Below the pieces are notes generated by a model. It saw only the letters and a list, made by a program, of their open reading frames with translations. It ran no database searches and was not told the origin of the DNA. A stretch of 34,789 nucleotides of DNA from Catajapyx aquilonaris. Lineage: Eukaryota. The stretch spans positions 1 through 34,789 of the forward strand of contig KZ539058.1 of NCBI GenBank assembly GCA_000934665.2, written 5' to 3'. The stretch's first letter is position 1. Every line of letters starts with the position of its first letter. This document shows, in pieces, positions 34,748 through 34,789 of this stretch. The position numbers were made by a program, and so were the translations under genes.

Positions 34748-34789
34748 GTATACTGACTTGTAGACAGCTCATCGTTCAAATGTACTGAC
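34748..34789. mobile_element. Foldback repeat family A, copy 4 (cut by the window end)
   Basis: TACTGACTTGTAGACAGCTCATCGTTCAAATGTACTGAC matches the family core. Confidence 0.75.

Overview
Eukaryotic, most likely arthropod, genomic DNA. It is dominated by one multi-exon gene on the minus strand, a Pax2/5/8 transcription factor of the shaven/sparkling (D-Pax2) type. Eight phase-compatible coding exons (29527-29724, 18556-18803, 8508-8596, 7692-7938, 6628-6735, 2330-2614, 2089-2208, 1143-1348; 1501 nt) join into one frame. That frame encodes the paired-domain linker plus RED subdomain, the octapeptide YSINGILG, a basic NLS-like region and a Pro/Ser/Thr/Tyr-rich C-terminus. The start codon and the PAI-subdomain exon were not found and probably lie beyond 34789. 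The most interesting observation is a second, paralogous copy of the RED exon about 600 bp upstream (30323-30547). It has the same acceptor phase and the same YYETGS start written with synonymous codons, and an ancestral-type SVRPG linker rather than SFKAG. Low-complexity sequence replaces the RED helices, and an in-frame phase-2 donor is available. This suggests an alternative PAI-only or linker-expanded Pax isoform. Foldback repeat copies flank both exons and could steer exon choice. The introns also hold many MITE/foldback elements, a SINE-like head, a 34-bp minisatellite, a GC-AG intron and candidate Su(H), E-box and Sox enhancer clusters. Most ORFs in the supplied track are non-coding noise.
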